The notes: generated by a model not told the origin, from the sequence alone. Numbered from the stretch's first letter, positions 14,249 to 27,437 are shown. The stretch: DNA of 64,000 bases from Eledone cirrhosa (GCA_964016885.1 OZ024763.1:4960001-5024000), one strand, 5' to 3'. Translations and numbers: made by a program.

Positions 14249-15049
14249 CATCATCATCATCATCATCTTCGTTTAACGTCCATTTTCCACGCTAGCATGG
14301 GTTAGACGGGAGTTGTCCCACTTGAGGCAAGGTTGGTCGGGTGACCGTGTCTCGCTCGTATAGGACTATCTGGCAGGTTTTCTACGGCTGGATGCCCTTC
14401 CTAACACCAACCACATTTACAGTGTGGAACTGGGAACTTTTTACCGTGTTACCTACACAGCCACATTACAGCGTGGACTGTGTGTTTTTTCTCGTGACAC
14501 CTACTATATTATATATATATATCTATATATATATACCTATCATCATCATCATCAACGTTTAACGTCCGTGTTCCACGCTTGCATGGGTTTGGACGGGGGT
14601 AGTCCCACTTGAGGCAAGAGTGATTTTCTTGCTCGTATAGGACTGTCTGGCAGGTTTTCTACAGTTGGATGCCCTTCCTAACACCAACCACATTTACAGT
14701 GTGGGTCTGGGAGGTTTTTACCGTGTTGCCTACACGGCCACATTACAGCGTGGACTGTGTGTTTTTTTGTCGTGACACCTACACGATCTCATTTGTTTTG
14801 GTCTGGATGGTGTGGCACCAACATAACTTTACATAGAACGGGGTGGTGTAGATGGGGTGGAGTGGGGGGGGGGTGTATTTTGTTAGAGATGCCTACTGGC
14901 AAGGCGGGTCTTCTCTATTACTGAGTACCGCCAAAGGTCTCGGTCCAGTGACATTGTCTTGGTGAGGTGTAAGTGTGTATATATATATATGTATATGTAT
15001 ATGTATATATATGTATATATATGTATATATAATGTATATATATATATAT

Positions 15050-15095
<46 letters not shown>

Positions 15096-15123
15096 ACATA
15101 TATAATGTATATATAATGTATAT

Positions 15124-15157
<34 letters not shown>

Positions 15158-15418
15158 GAAGGCGTGTGGCTGAGTGGTTAGAGAATTGGATTCGCAATCG
15201 TGAGGTTGTGAGTTCAATTCCTGGACCGGGCAAGACATTTTATTTCACGTTGCTCCTTCTACCTGGAGTTGCGACCGATAGATAGTATTAGCAATTGGAA
15301 AGACCAACGGAAACATTGTTTCCTCGGTCCGATTTGATGAAAGTCGATCGTTCCTTAAAAAATATGTATATATATATGTATATATATATATGTATATATA
15401 TATGTATATATATATATG

Positions 15419-15469
<51 letters not shown>

Positions 15470-15512
15470 GTATATATATGTATATATATATATATGTATG
15501 TATATATATATG

Positions 15513-15563
<51 letters not shown>

Positions 15564-15592
15564 GTATATATATATGTATATATATATGTATA

Positions 15593-15702
<110 letters not shown>

Positions 15703-16360
15703 CATCATCATCATCATCATCATCATCAACATTAAACAATGATGATGATGATGATGTATATATATATATATATATATATAAATGAAAAAATATATATATA
15801 TATTGAAAAATGTTGAAATAAATATAACAACCCTTGCATCAGCGTCATTTCCTTCCTTTACACTAAATAACTGAATAACTACCCCTATTCCACCCCTCAC
15901 CTGTACAACCCTATCAAAAATACCAACGGCAGCCGCCAGGAGTCATTGTGTTTACTTAACGTGTCTTTTAAAAAAACAAATAAAAACATAAAAAAAAGGG
16001 TTTAAATTTCGTCCCCTGTTTACGAGATCATGCCTAATCACATATGAGATAATGCTAGGGGATATCAGTTTACCAAAATACCAAGAAAAGGAAGAAAATA
16101 AAAAAAAAATCCCTGAAAAAGAACCAAATTCTTTTAAGGGTATATTTTTCTTCTGTTTTTTTTTTCTGTTTTTTTCTTTTGTTTTTTTTTCTGATTGATA
16201 AATCTATTCATGTTTTGATATCGTATATATATCAGTCTATAGGCGGCAAATTGACAGAGTTGTTTGAACGGCGGATAGAATGCTTTATGGCTTTCTGCTC
16301 TCAGAGTTCAAATCCCGCCAATGTCAACTTTGCCTTTCATCCTTTCGAGGTTGATAAAAA

Positions 16361-16434
16361 AAGTACCAGTCTACTACTGGGGTCGATTCTTCCTCTATAT
16401 CTCTTTCTCATTTCCTCTCCCTCACTTTGTCTCT

Positions 16435-16484
<50 letters not shown>

Positions 16485-16555
16485 TACCAGTCTACTACTG
16501 GGGTTGATTCTTCCCCTATATCTCTTTCTCATTTCCTCTCCCTCACTTTGTCTCT

Positions 16556-16605
<50 letters not shown>

Positions 16606-16772
16606 TACCAGTCTACTACTGGGGTTGATTCTTCCTCTATATCTCTTTCTCATTTCCTCTCCCTCACTTTGTCTCTCCATATATATATATATATATATAC
16701 AGTACCAGTCTACTACTGGGGTTGATTCTTCCTCTATATCTCTTTCTCATTTCCTCTCTCTCACTTTGTCTC

Positions 16773-16843
<71 letters not shown>

Positions 16844-16907
16844 TACCAGTCTACTACTGGGGTTGATTCTTCCTCTATATCTTTCTCATTTCCTCTCTCT
16901 CACTTTG

Positions 16908-16951
<44 letters not shown>

Positions 16952-17120
16952 GTACCAGTCTACTACTGGGGTTGATTCTTCCTCTATATCTCTTTCTCAT
17001 TTCCTCTCTCTCACTTTGTCTCTCCATATATATATATATATAAAATATGCGTACAGTACCAGTCTAGTACTGGGGTCAATTCTTCCCCTATATCTCTTTC
17101 TCATTTCCTCTCTCTCACTT
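16361..17120. repeat. Seven ~78-bp units derived from a SINE-2 tail, separated by variable (TA)n
   Basis: AGTACCAGTCTACTACTGGGG..GATTCTTCCTCTATATC at ~16361, 16482, 16604, 16701, 16842, 16951 and 17056. Confidence 0.9.
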
Positions 17121-17514
17121 TTTATCTTTCACTGGAAGAAATCTGCTGTACTCAGACCTGGAGAGGGAAGGGCTCTGCACGAAACGCTGTATGTCAATAC
17201 AGCACCCCTATGTCTCTATCAGAAGTTATGAGACCATACCATACCATAATCAGTCTATTTGTTAGAGTTATTATTTAATTATCTATTTATTTTTTCGTCA
17301 GACATTTCCTGGGAAGGCAGTCTTTTCAGAATTTTAAAAGGATGAAAGGCAAAGTTGACTTCAGTGGGATTTGAACTCAGAGAGAGAGAGATAGAGAGCA
17401 GTGATCTGGAAGAAATACCACAGAACATTTAATGCAACATTCTAACAACACTGACAATTCACTGCCTAAACACACTAATATATAGTTGCCAAAATAGGGT
17501 CACAAACATTCTGG

Positions 17515-18357
17515 AGGTACTGTAGAAATGTCACAATAAAACTGAAGATGAAATCTAGGTTCAAATTTTAAATTTAATGTATTATGTCATAGAGGTAGAG
17601 CCACTGTAGAAATATTACAATAAAATGAAGCTCAAATTTAGGTTCAAATTTTAAATATAATGTATTATGCCATAGAGGTAGAGCCACTGTAGAAATATTA
17701 CAATAAAATGAAGCTCAAATTTAGGTTCAAATTTTAAATATAATGTATTATACCATAGAGGTAGAGCCACTGTAGAAATGTCACAATAAAATGAAGCTCA
17801 AATCTAGGTTCAAATTTAAAATATAATGTATTATGTCATATGGGGTGGTAGAGCCACTGTAGAAATGTCACAATAAAATGAAGCTCAAATCTAGGTTCAA
17901 ATTTAAAATATAATGTATTATGTCATATGGGGTAGAGCCACTGTAGAAATGTCACAATAAAATGAAGCTCAAATCTAGGTTCAAATTTAAAATATAATGT
18001 ATTATGTCATATGGGGTGGTAGAGCCACTGTAGAAATGTCACAATAAAATGAAGCTCAAATCTAGGTTCAAATTTAAAATATAATGTATTATGTCATATG
18101 GAGTAGAGCCACTGTAGAAATGTCACAATAAAATGAAGCTCAAATCTAGGTTCAAATTTAAAATATAATGTATTATGTCATATGGGGTAGAGCCACTGTA
18201 GAAATGTCACAATAAAATGAAGCTCAAATCTAGGTTCAAATTTAAAATATAATGTATTATGTCATATGGGGTAGAGTCACTGTAATAAAATGAAGCTCAA
18301 ATCTAGGTTCAAATTTAAAATATAATGTATTATGTCATATGGGGTAGAGCCACTGTA
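17515..18357. repeat. Minisatellite, 83-87 bp unit, ~10 copies
   Basis: GTAGAGCCACTGTAGAAA at 17595, 17678, 17761, 17848 and onward. Confidence 0.95.
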
Positions 18358-18684
18358 CAAATGAATCACAAAACTAAAAGATAACCCTGTGGGTTATGTT
18401 GAAAATTTGAACTTCATCCGGTGATCAATCATGTCAATATAGATAGAATGTTACCCTCATTCTGTCTGAGAATTATATTAACACTTTTCCTTATCACACT
18501 TATACTGCCTAATGTTGGCTTATATGATTTTCAATTAATTTTGAAAATAATCTGAATTTCTCATTATTAACCCTTTAGCATTTAAACCAGCCATATCCGG
18601 CCAGAATCCTCTCCCCTCTTTCTGTTCAATCTGACTGTAACTGGCCCCTGTAAAGTAAATAATATCAAAATTTCATAGATCCAA

Positions 18685-19289
18685 TATTATGTGAGGAAAT
18701 TATGTGAGGTAAAGCCTTTACTGTGAAAATACAATAGTATATATAGAGTAATGTAAATATTATGTGAGATATTATGTGAGATAAAGCCTTTACTGTGAAA
18801 ATACAATAGTATATATAGAGTAATGTAAATGTTATGTGAGATATTATGTGAGGTAAAGTCTTTACTGTGAAAATACAATAGTATATATAGAGTAATGTAA
18901 ATGTTATGTGAGATATTATGTGAAGTAAAGCCTTTACTGTGAAAATACAATAGTATATATAGAGTAATGTAAATGTTATGTGAGATATTATGTGAGGTAA
19001 AGTCTTTACTGTGAAAATACAATAGTATATATAGAGTAATGTAAATGTTATGTGAGGTATTATGTGAGGTAAAGCCTTTACTGTGAAAATACAATAGTAT
19101 ATATAGAGTAATGTAAATGTTATGTGAGATATTATGTGAGGTAAAGCCTTTACTGTGAAAATACAATAGTATATATAGAGTAATGTAAATGTTATGTGAG
19201 ATATTATGTGAGGTAAAGCCTTTACTGTGAAAATACAATAGTATAGAGTAATGTAAATGTTATGTGAGGTACTATGTGAGGTAAAGCCT
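18685..19289. repeat. Minisatellite, 72 bp unit, ~8 copies
   Basis: TAAAGCCTTTACTGTGAAAATAC with 72-bp period (18710, 18782, 18854 and onward). Confidence 0.95.
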
Positions 19290-19337
19290 CTTGTCTGATG
19301 ATCCTGTGAGTACAGGTGAAACACCAGAGTAAAAAGA
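19289..19337 (+). ncRNA. Type I hammerhead ribozyme
   Basis: TCTTGT-CTGATGA-T-CCTGT-GAGT-ACAGG-T-GAAAC..GTA^AAAAGA. One stem I mismatch. AATAAA downstream. Confidence 0.7.
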
Positions 19338-19487
19338 CTCACTACGTCATAATAAATGAATATTTAAATTCTACTTTGGAATTGAATTCTCTTTTCTCTT
19401 GTTCGTCAACCATATAAGGGTAAAAATTAAATATATACATTTACAAACACACACACATAATCGACACATAATCAACACTTGTATATT

Positions 19488-19639
19488 TCATCTACCTGTT
19501 ACCCACCTTGTGGATTGTCTCTCTGTTGAACACTGGCCACTGGTCTCTGTCCTCTGAGACATTATATATCATCTACCTGTCACCCACCTTGTGGATTGTC
19601 TCTCTGTTGAACACTGGCCACTGGTCTCTGTCCTCTGAG
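19488..19639. repeat. ~81-bp tandem duplication
   Basis: CATCTACCTGT.ACCCACCTTGTGGATTGTCTCTCTGTTGAACACTGGCCACTGGTCTCTGTCCTCTGAG occurs twice. Confidence 0.9.
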
Positions 19640-19791
19640 TCATCTTTGCCCATCGTTGTCTTTGTCAGCATTTTAGCTGCTTTAATGGCTGCTGTAGCGA
19701 TGAGTTTTCTCATTTTTATATATATTCAATCAAATACATTCTCACTTCATCTCGATCAGAGACAACATTGTTTTAATATTAAGATATATAT

Positions 19792-20107
19792 GGAGGCACA
19801 TGGCTTAGTGGTTAGAGCATTGGCCTTGCAATCAAAAGGTTGTGAGTTCAATTCTCAGACACTTTATTTCACATTGCTCCAGTTTACTCAGCTGTAGAAA
19901 TGAGATGATAGGGACTGGGGTCCCTATCATTCCACTGCAAAGTGGTCGTGGAGGTGCCACGGCAAAAAAGCACCCAGCACTCACTGTAAATGAGGTTGGT
20001 GTTAGGAAGGGCATCCAGCTGTAGAAATCAAGCCAGAATCAGTTCCCGTCCCACCCTTGCAAGCAGGGAAAAGCGGACGTAAAATGAAATGATGATGATG
20101 ATGATGA
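19792..20107 (+). mobile_element. SINE family 1 with internal deletion
   Basis: Matches the 12654 copy but lacks ~30 bp between two CAGAC/GACAC-like sites. Confidence 0.85.
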
Positions 20108-20537
20108 TATTTCACAGCATTTGGGGAAAAAAAAATGATGTATATGTTGTTGTTAGATACGCAAAGTTATGTGATGTGACATTTATTGTAAAATTGAATT
20201 AAAGTGTTAACAAATTTGCTGAAAAGGCTCCAATTTTTTAAGTTTTACTCAACACAAAGTTTGGTCTAACCTTATAAAGTGACAACCCATCTAACCCATA
20301 CATGCATGGAAAATAGACACATAAAACACACAGACACACCCACATAAAACATGCAGACACACACACACACTACCAAAAATATTTAACGGCTCATTATCAT
20401 TACAATGACAAGAAATAGTGTCTGGGTTGAAGAGAAACAATATATTCTGATATATATATAGGGAGAGACAGAGGTAGAGAGACAGAGGTAGAGAGAGGGA
20501 GGTAGAGAGACAGAGGTAGAGAGAGAGAGGTAGAGAT

Positions 20538-20574
<37 letters not shown>

Positions 20575-20925
20575 TAGAGAGAGAGAGAGAGAGGTCTGCT
20601 TCTTATTAGAAAAAATTTTTTTTCTTTTTCCAAAGGAAAATAAAATATGTGGAAATGTTCTTAAAATAACAGAAACGTCACAATAACAGTTGTTGTTGTT
20701 GCTACTGTTGTTGTTGTTGCTACTACTGTTGTTGTTGTTGTTGTTGTTGTTGTAAAGTTGGTGGGAAAACCTGTGGATAATTGTTGTATAGACTGTTATA
20801 GGAGGTATTTTTAGATTAGGAGGCTATATATATATATATATATATATACATATATATATGTGTGTGTGTGTAATGTATGTATACATATACATGTATATAT
20901 ATATCATATATATATTTATATATGG

Positions 20926-20949
<24 letters not shown>

Positions 20950-20956
<7 letters not shown>

Positions 20957-21148
20957 TTATTTTATAGAAGGAGCTTCTACAGGACTAGTACTGTTTCATT
21001 CAGATGAAATGCTTCCTGAAGATTTCATCTGAATGAAACAGTACTAGTCCTGTAGAAGCTCCTTCTATAAAATAAAAAAATTTTACTCTGCCATGTATTG
21101 AGTACCTTACTTACTGTGGTTATCCCTGACTCAACCCGGGACCTACGT
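20950..21148 (+). mobile_element. Family A fold-back element in (TA)n
   Basis: Arms ~20952-21010 and 21022-21080, followed by the family A tail. Confidence 0.85.
21011..21059 (+). ncRNA. Type I hammerhead ribozyme
   Basis: Stem I GCTTC/GAAGC, CTGAAGA, stem II TTC-ATCT-GAA, GAAA, stem III ACAG/CTGT, cut GTA^ after 21054. Confidence 0.8.
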
Positions 21149-21244
21149 ATATATATATATATATATATGTATATCCATAATCTATGTATATGTGTATATA
21201 TGTTTGTATATGTATGCATGTATATGTATGCATATATATATATG

Positions 21245-21284
<40 letters not shown>

Positions 21285-21379
21285 CACTTTTACACATATA
21301 CATATACACATATATATATATATGTATATACATATATATATATACATACATATATATGTGTGTATGTATATGTGTAAAA

Positions 21380-21424
<45 letters not shown>

Positions 21425-21714
21425 TATATATATATATATATATGTAGATATATATATGTGTGAATGTATATATAAACCTAGATAAAATTAACAAAAAAAA
21501 CAAAACTGAAGTTTTTGAATTTTGTGTCAAAATTTATATATTTTTTGTTTTAAACTAAATTTTGTCAAAAGTTTAAATTACAATTTCAGGTTTGAAAAAA
21601 TTTTTATCAAATTATTTTTTTCATTTTTTTTTCTTGATTTTGTTGTCATCATCATCATCGTTGTCATCATCATCAACGCCCCTTCCCAGTTTCCAAGACT
21701 GTCCACCTCCAACT

Positions 21715-22300
21715 TACAGTTACCACCACCACCACCACCAAGTTACTTACCACCCCTCCACTGCACCACCAGCACCACCACACCACAACCACCACCACCA
21801 CCACCACCACTACCTCGACTGCACTGTCCACCAGCACCACAACGACCACACCACCACGACCACACCACCACCACCTCCAAGTTACCCCCCCCCCCCCCCT
21901 ACCCCCAGCCCCCCACCCCACGCACACACTGCACCATCCACCACCACCACCACCACCACCACCAACACCACCACCGCAACCATCTGCCTCCAACCCAACC
22001 TCCAAGTTACCTTCACCCCCACTGAACCATCCACAACCACCACCACCACCACCACCACCACCACCACCACCACCACCACATGCCCCCCCCCAATCTCCAA
22101 GTTACCTTCACCCCCACTGCACCATCCACAACCACCACCACCACCACCACCAGCTGCCCCCCTCCAAGTTACCCCCACCACCACTGCACCATCCACAACC
22201 ACAACCACCACCGCCAGCACCACCACCACCATCCTCCCCCCACCAAGTTACCCCCCCCCCCCCACCCCACCACTGCACCATCCACCACTACCTCCCAGTA
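21715..22300. repeat. (CCA)n-rich low-complexity repeat with recurring CCAAGTTACC
   Basis: Direct reading. Confidence 0.85.
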
Positions 22301-22371
22301 ACCAAACAACAGTATATTAGTATCAAATTATTCAGTACATTACAATAAGCCGTTAGAAAGACTGTAGAGCT

Positions 22372-24085
22372 GTAGAGGTGACGTCACAGTCGCTGCTGTT
22401 GTGTTAGTCTATCTCTAGAGGTGACGTCACAGTCGCTGCTGCTGTGTTAGTCTATCTCTAGAGGTGACGTCACAGGCGCTGCTGTTGTGTTAGTCTATCT
22501 CTAGAGGTGACGTCACAGGCGCTGCTGCTGTGTTAGTCTAACTCTAGAGGTGACGTCACAGTCGCTGCTGCTGTGTTAGTCTAACTCTAGAGGTGACGTC
22601 ACAGTCGCTGCTGCTGTGTTAGTCTAACTCTAGAGGTGACGTCACAGTCGCTGCTGCTGTGTTAGTCTAACTCTAGAGGTGACGTCACAGTCGCTGCTGC
22701 TGTGTTAGTCTATCTCTAGAGGTGACGTCACAGTCGCTGCTGCTGTGTTAGTCTAACTCTAGAGGTGACGTCACAGGCGCTGCTGTTGTGTTAGTCTATC
22801 TCTAGAGGTGACCTTACAGGCGCTGCTGCTGTGTTAGTCTATCTCTAGAGGTGACGTCACAGTCGCTGCTGCTGTGTTAGTCTATCTCTAGAGGTGACGT
22901 CACAGTCGCTGCTGCTGTGTTAGTCTATCTCTAGAGGTGACGTCACAGTCGCTGCTGCTGTGTTAGTCTATCTCTAGAGGTGACGTCACAGTCGCTGCTG
23001 CTGTGTTAGTCTATCTCTAGAGGTGACGTCACAGTCGCTGCTGCTGTGTTAGTCTATCTCTAGAGGTGACGTCACAGTCGCTGCTGCTGTGTTAGTCTAT
23101 CTCTAGAGGTGACGTCACAGGCGCTGCTGTTGTGTTAGTCTATCTCTAGAGGTGACGTCACAGGCGCTGCTGCTGTGTTAGTCTATCTCTAGAGGTGACG
23201 TCACAGTCGCTGCTGCTGTGTTAGTCTATCTCTAGAGGTGACGTCACAGGCGCTGCTGTTGTGTTAGTATCTCTAGAGGTGACGTCACAGGCGCTGCTGT
23301 TGTGTTAGTATCTCTAGAGGTGACGTCACAGGCGCTGCTACTGTGTTAGTCTATCTCTAGAGGTGACGTCACAGTCGCTGCTGCTGTGTTAGTCTATCTC
23401 TAGAGGTGACGTCACAGGCGCTGCTGCTGTGTTAGTCTATCTCTAGAGGTGACGTCACAGTCGCTGCTGCTGTGTTAGTCTATCTCTAGAGGTGACGTCA
23501 CAGGCGCTGCTGCTGTGTTAGTCTATCTCTAGAGGTGACGTCACAGTCGCTGCTGCTGTGTTAGTCTAACTCTAGAGGTGACGTCACAGTCACTGCTGCT
23601 GTGTTAGTCTATCTCTAGAGACGACGTCACAGGCGCTGCTGTTGTGTTAGTCTATCTCTAGAGGTGACGTCACAGGCGCTGCTGTTGTGTTAGTATCTCT
23701 AGAGGTGACGTCACAGGCGCTGCTGTTGTGTTAGTATCTCTAGAGGTGACGTCACAGTCGCTGCTGCTGTGTTAGTCTATCTCTAGAAGTGACGTCACAG
23801 TCGCTGCTGCTGTGTTAGTCTATCTCTAGATGTGACGTCACAGGCGCTGCTGTTGTGTTAGTCTATCTCTAGAGGTGACGTCACAGGCGCTGCTGCTGTG
23901 TTAGTCTATCTCTAGAGGTGACGTCACAGGCGCTGCTGTTGTGTTAGTATCTCTAGAGGTGACGTCACAGGCGCTGCTGTTGTGTTAGTATCTCTAGAGG
24001 TGACGTCACAGGCGCTGCTGCTGTGTTAGTCTATCTCTAGAGGTGACGTCACAGTCGCTGCTGCTGTGTTAGTCTATCTCTAGAG
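22372..24085. repeat. Minisatellite, 43-bp unit (some 41), ~40 copies, each with GTGACGTCAC (CRE consensus)
   Basis: Unit CTAGAGGTGACGTCACAGTCGCTGCTGCTGTGTTAGTCTATCT, period 43 (22421, 22464 and onward). Confidence 0.97.
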
Positions 24086-24143
24086 AGCATTGACATACCA
24101 CATGGATCTATGTTATCTAAGAGGTATTAAATGAGATATGACA

Positions 24144-24178
<35 letters not shown>

Positions 24179-24181
<3 letters not shown>

Positions 24182-24338
24182 GATAAATCTACCAAGAGTT
24201 TACGGTAGTGTCCAATCCGTATGAAGAACTCAATGTATTCCGGATATCATGGAAAGAAGAGATGTAATGAAAAATCACTTTCGGTGAAAGATAAACGGTA
24301 TACAGAGTCAAGATAAAATATTAAACAAATAATGAATA

Positions 24339-24343
<5 letters not shown>
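24179..24343 (-). mobile_element. Family E tail-only copy in (TA)n
   Basis: Near-identical to 44110-44275. Confidence 0.8.
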
Positions 24344-24407
<64 letters not shown>

Positions 24408-25031
24408 TATATATATATATGCATCTGTATGTATATATATATGCATATCTATGTATATACATATTGATATATATATATATATATATAAAAAAAAAATTAA
24501 CTCAAATATCGAGTTTTGAAACGCGAGTGTATTAGAATTTGTAGGAAAATGGAAAAACTCGGCGTAAGGAAGCTGTTAAAACAGTAAAATGGCGTTGAAG
24601 CAGCGTTGGGTAAAAAAAATACCTTGAAGGACAGAAATCAGTGGCTCGAAGTGAGTTGACTCGACGAATTGATAGGCAGGAAGAAATAGAAGGGAAGAGA
24701 GGACATCTCAAACATTAAAATATGCTCATCAGATTTCAGACCACCTGCAGTTTCAACAATTTAACTGAAATATATTTCATTTGGAGACACTAATTTCTGT
24801 CTTTCAAGGTAATGTTTTATCCAACAACATTTTAACAGCATTTTGCTGTCTTAAAAGCTTCCTTACTCCAATTTTTTCCATTTTCCTACGAGTATATATA
24901 TATATATATACATACATATATATATATGCATAAATATATATATATACATACATATATATATGCATAAATATATATATATACATACATATATATATGCATA
25001 AATATATATATATATACATATAATACATATC

Positions 25032-25111
<80 letters not shown>

Positions 25112-25190
25112 CATACATATATGCATAAATATATATATATACATACATATATATATGCATAAATATATATATATACATATAATACATATC

Positions 25191-25228
<38 letters not shown>

Positions 25229-25523
25229 TATATATATACAAATATACAAGCATGTATATGTGTATATATATATACACATATATGCATGTGTATATATGTA
25301 TGTATAAATGTATGTGTGTATATGTGTAATGTATATCTATATCTAGGGCGGGTAAAATTCCCGAGATCCATGGACGAGTTCTCTCCAGCGGTCTCTGTCC
25401 CTCATTATCGCTGCCATGTCCTGCGTCTCCAACATATAAATGTATATATACATATATTCATATAGATATAGGTATATACATATATGTATATACATACATA
25501 TATACACATATGCCTGTATGGAT

Positions 25524-25552
<29 letters not shown>

Positions 25553-25559
<7 letters not shown>

Positions 25560-26080
25560 AAGTTAAATAAAAGTCAAATGATTAAAATTTAGCTTCGTTT
25601 ATTACTGCTATATATATTTCAGTGACAGCCATCTTTGGCTGTGACCTCTTCAGGCAGTTTGAATTAGTATGGTATAGACAAGTACATATGTTGTTTAGGT
25701 GTATGATATTGTCAATACTCTGATATGCCCAGTTCCTTGCTGGGTTGTTAATTCACTGGGGAACTGGAGTCATATCCCCAGTGAATTAACAACCCAGCAA
25801 GGAACTGGGCATATCAGAGTATTGACAATATCATACACCTAAACAACATATGTACTTGTCTATACCATACTAATTCAAACTGCCTGAAGAGGTCACAGCC
25901 AAAGATGGCTGTCACTGAAATATATATAGCAGTAATAAACGAAGCTAAATTTTAATCATTTGACTTTTATTTAACTTTATTTTACACTACTCCGGAGTAA
26001 CCAAACCAACCTGCGCACTTCGTCGAGTGCTCCAGCCTGCATACTGAGGTGTTGGTATACAACCAACATAAACTCAAAAT
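25553..26080 (+). mobile_element. Fold-back element with 210-bp inverted arms plus single-copy tail
   Basis: Arms 25553-25762 and 25775-25984, 12-nt spacer, TA tracts on both sides. Confidence 0.9.
25879..25933 (+). ncRNA. Type I hammerhead ribozyme (mirror copy on - strand at ~25604-25658)
   Basis: Stem I ACTGC/GCAGT, CTGAAGA, stem II GT.ACAGCC/GGCTGT.AC, GAAA, palindromic ATATATAT, cut ATA^ after 25928. Confidence 0.85.
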
Positions 26081-26202
26081 CTATATATATATATATGTAG
26101 GAGGTGAGTTTTATTGTAGTACAATAAAGCAATGCAGATATCGGATAAGAAGCACTCTACAGTTTGTGGGACTGGAGTATGCATAATATATATATAATAT
26201 AT

Positions 26203-26262
<60 letters not shown>

Positions 26263-26563
26263 GTGTGTATAATATTTCAAGATATTTCCTTTCATAAATA
26301 ACAACTATAATAAGGCGTTTACAGTTTTGTTGCAAGTTAGAACAGGAATGCTTTCAAGTCCCTTGGAGGGATCGTAAGGGTATGTGGGGTGGGGGTGAGG
26401 GCTAAACGAGATTTATTGAGTGGCATGGGGCTGGTGGGTGGGGGTTTGTTAGATATTCTCTGGACCCACAGATTGATGTACTGGTTCAGCACCAGTTTTT
26501 ATAGGCCCTGTGTGTGTATGATTGTTGTGTATGTGTATATATGCATGTGTGCAGGTATGTGTG

Positions 26564-26595
<32 letters not shown>

Positions 26596-26662
26596 CGCAT
26601 GTGAGTGAGTGAGTGTGTGTGTGCAAAGATGATAATGTCCATTGATTCACTGATATATATAT

Positions 26663-26697
<35 letters not shown>

Positions 26698-26716
26698 CAT
26701 ATATATGTGTGTATAT

Positions 26717-26795
26717 ATTCGAAGGAAAGCCCTGATGATTTCCTTCGAATGAAACAGTTCTAGTCCTGTAGAAGCCATTTCTATATTAAATTTAT
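26717..26795 (+). mobile_element. Family A fragment with hammerhead core and 12-bp fold-back
   Basis: ATTCGAAGGAAA-GCC-CTGATGA-TTTCCTTCGAAT-GAAACAGTTCTAGTCCTGTA. Confidence 0.7.
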
Positions 26796-26811
26796 ATATA
26801 CACATACATAT

Positions 26812-26850
<39 letters not shown>

Positions 26851-26857
<7 letters not shown>

Positions 26858-26994
26858 GTTTGGAGTTGGAAGGCCAAGACAATATCTTTTGCATTTGTAT
26901 TTATATTCTATGTCCATACCTGCATTGTTTTGGCTTTTCAACTCCAAACGTTTATACCTCATTACGCAATGCTTCAAGTGAACTACAACTTCCT

Positions 26995-26997
<3 letters not shown>
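26851..26997 (+). mobile_element. Short fold-back element in (TA)n, no hammerhead core seen
   Basis: Arms 26851-26883 and 26924-26956. Tail CAATGCTTCAAG shared with ~4434-4468 (+) and ~28018-28050 (-). Confidence 0.65.
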
Positions 26998-27062
<65 letters not shown>

Positions 27063-27065
27063 TTG

Positions 27066-27105
<40 letters not shown>

Positions 27106-27251
27106 AACACACACACACAGACACACATATATATATATATGTATATATGTATATGTATATATATATATATGTATATATATATACATATATATATATATAT
27201 ACATATATATATACATATATATATACATATAAATATGTGTGTGAGTGTGTT

Positions 27252-27306
<55 letters not shown>

Positions 27307-27320
27307 ACACACACACACAC

Positions 27321-27403
<83 letters not shown>

Positions 27404-27405
27404 CA

Positions 27406-27437
<32 letters not shown>

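Noticed and set aside
22372-24085. CRISPR array (also considered for 16361, 9360 and 37184)
   Set aside because: Units are head-to-tail or separated by microsatellites. There are no unique spacers, no cas genes, and the context is eukaryotic.
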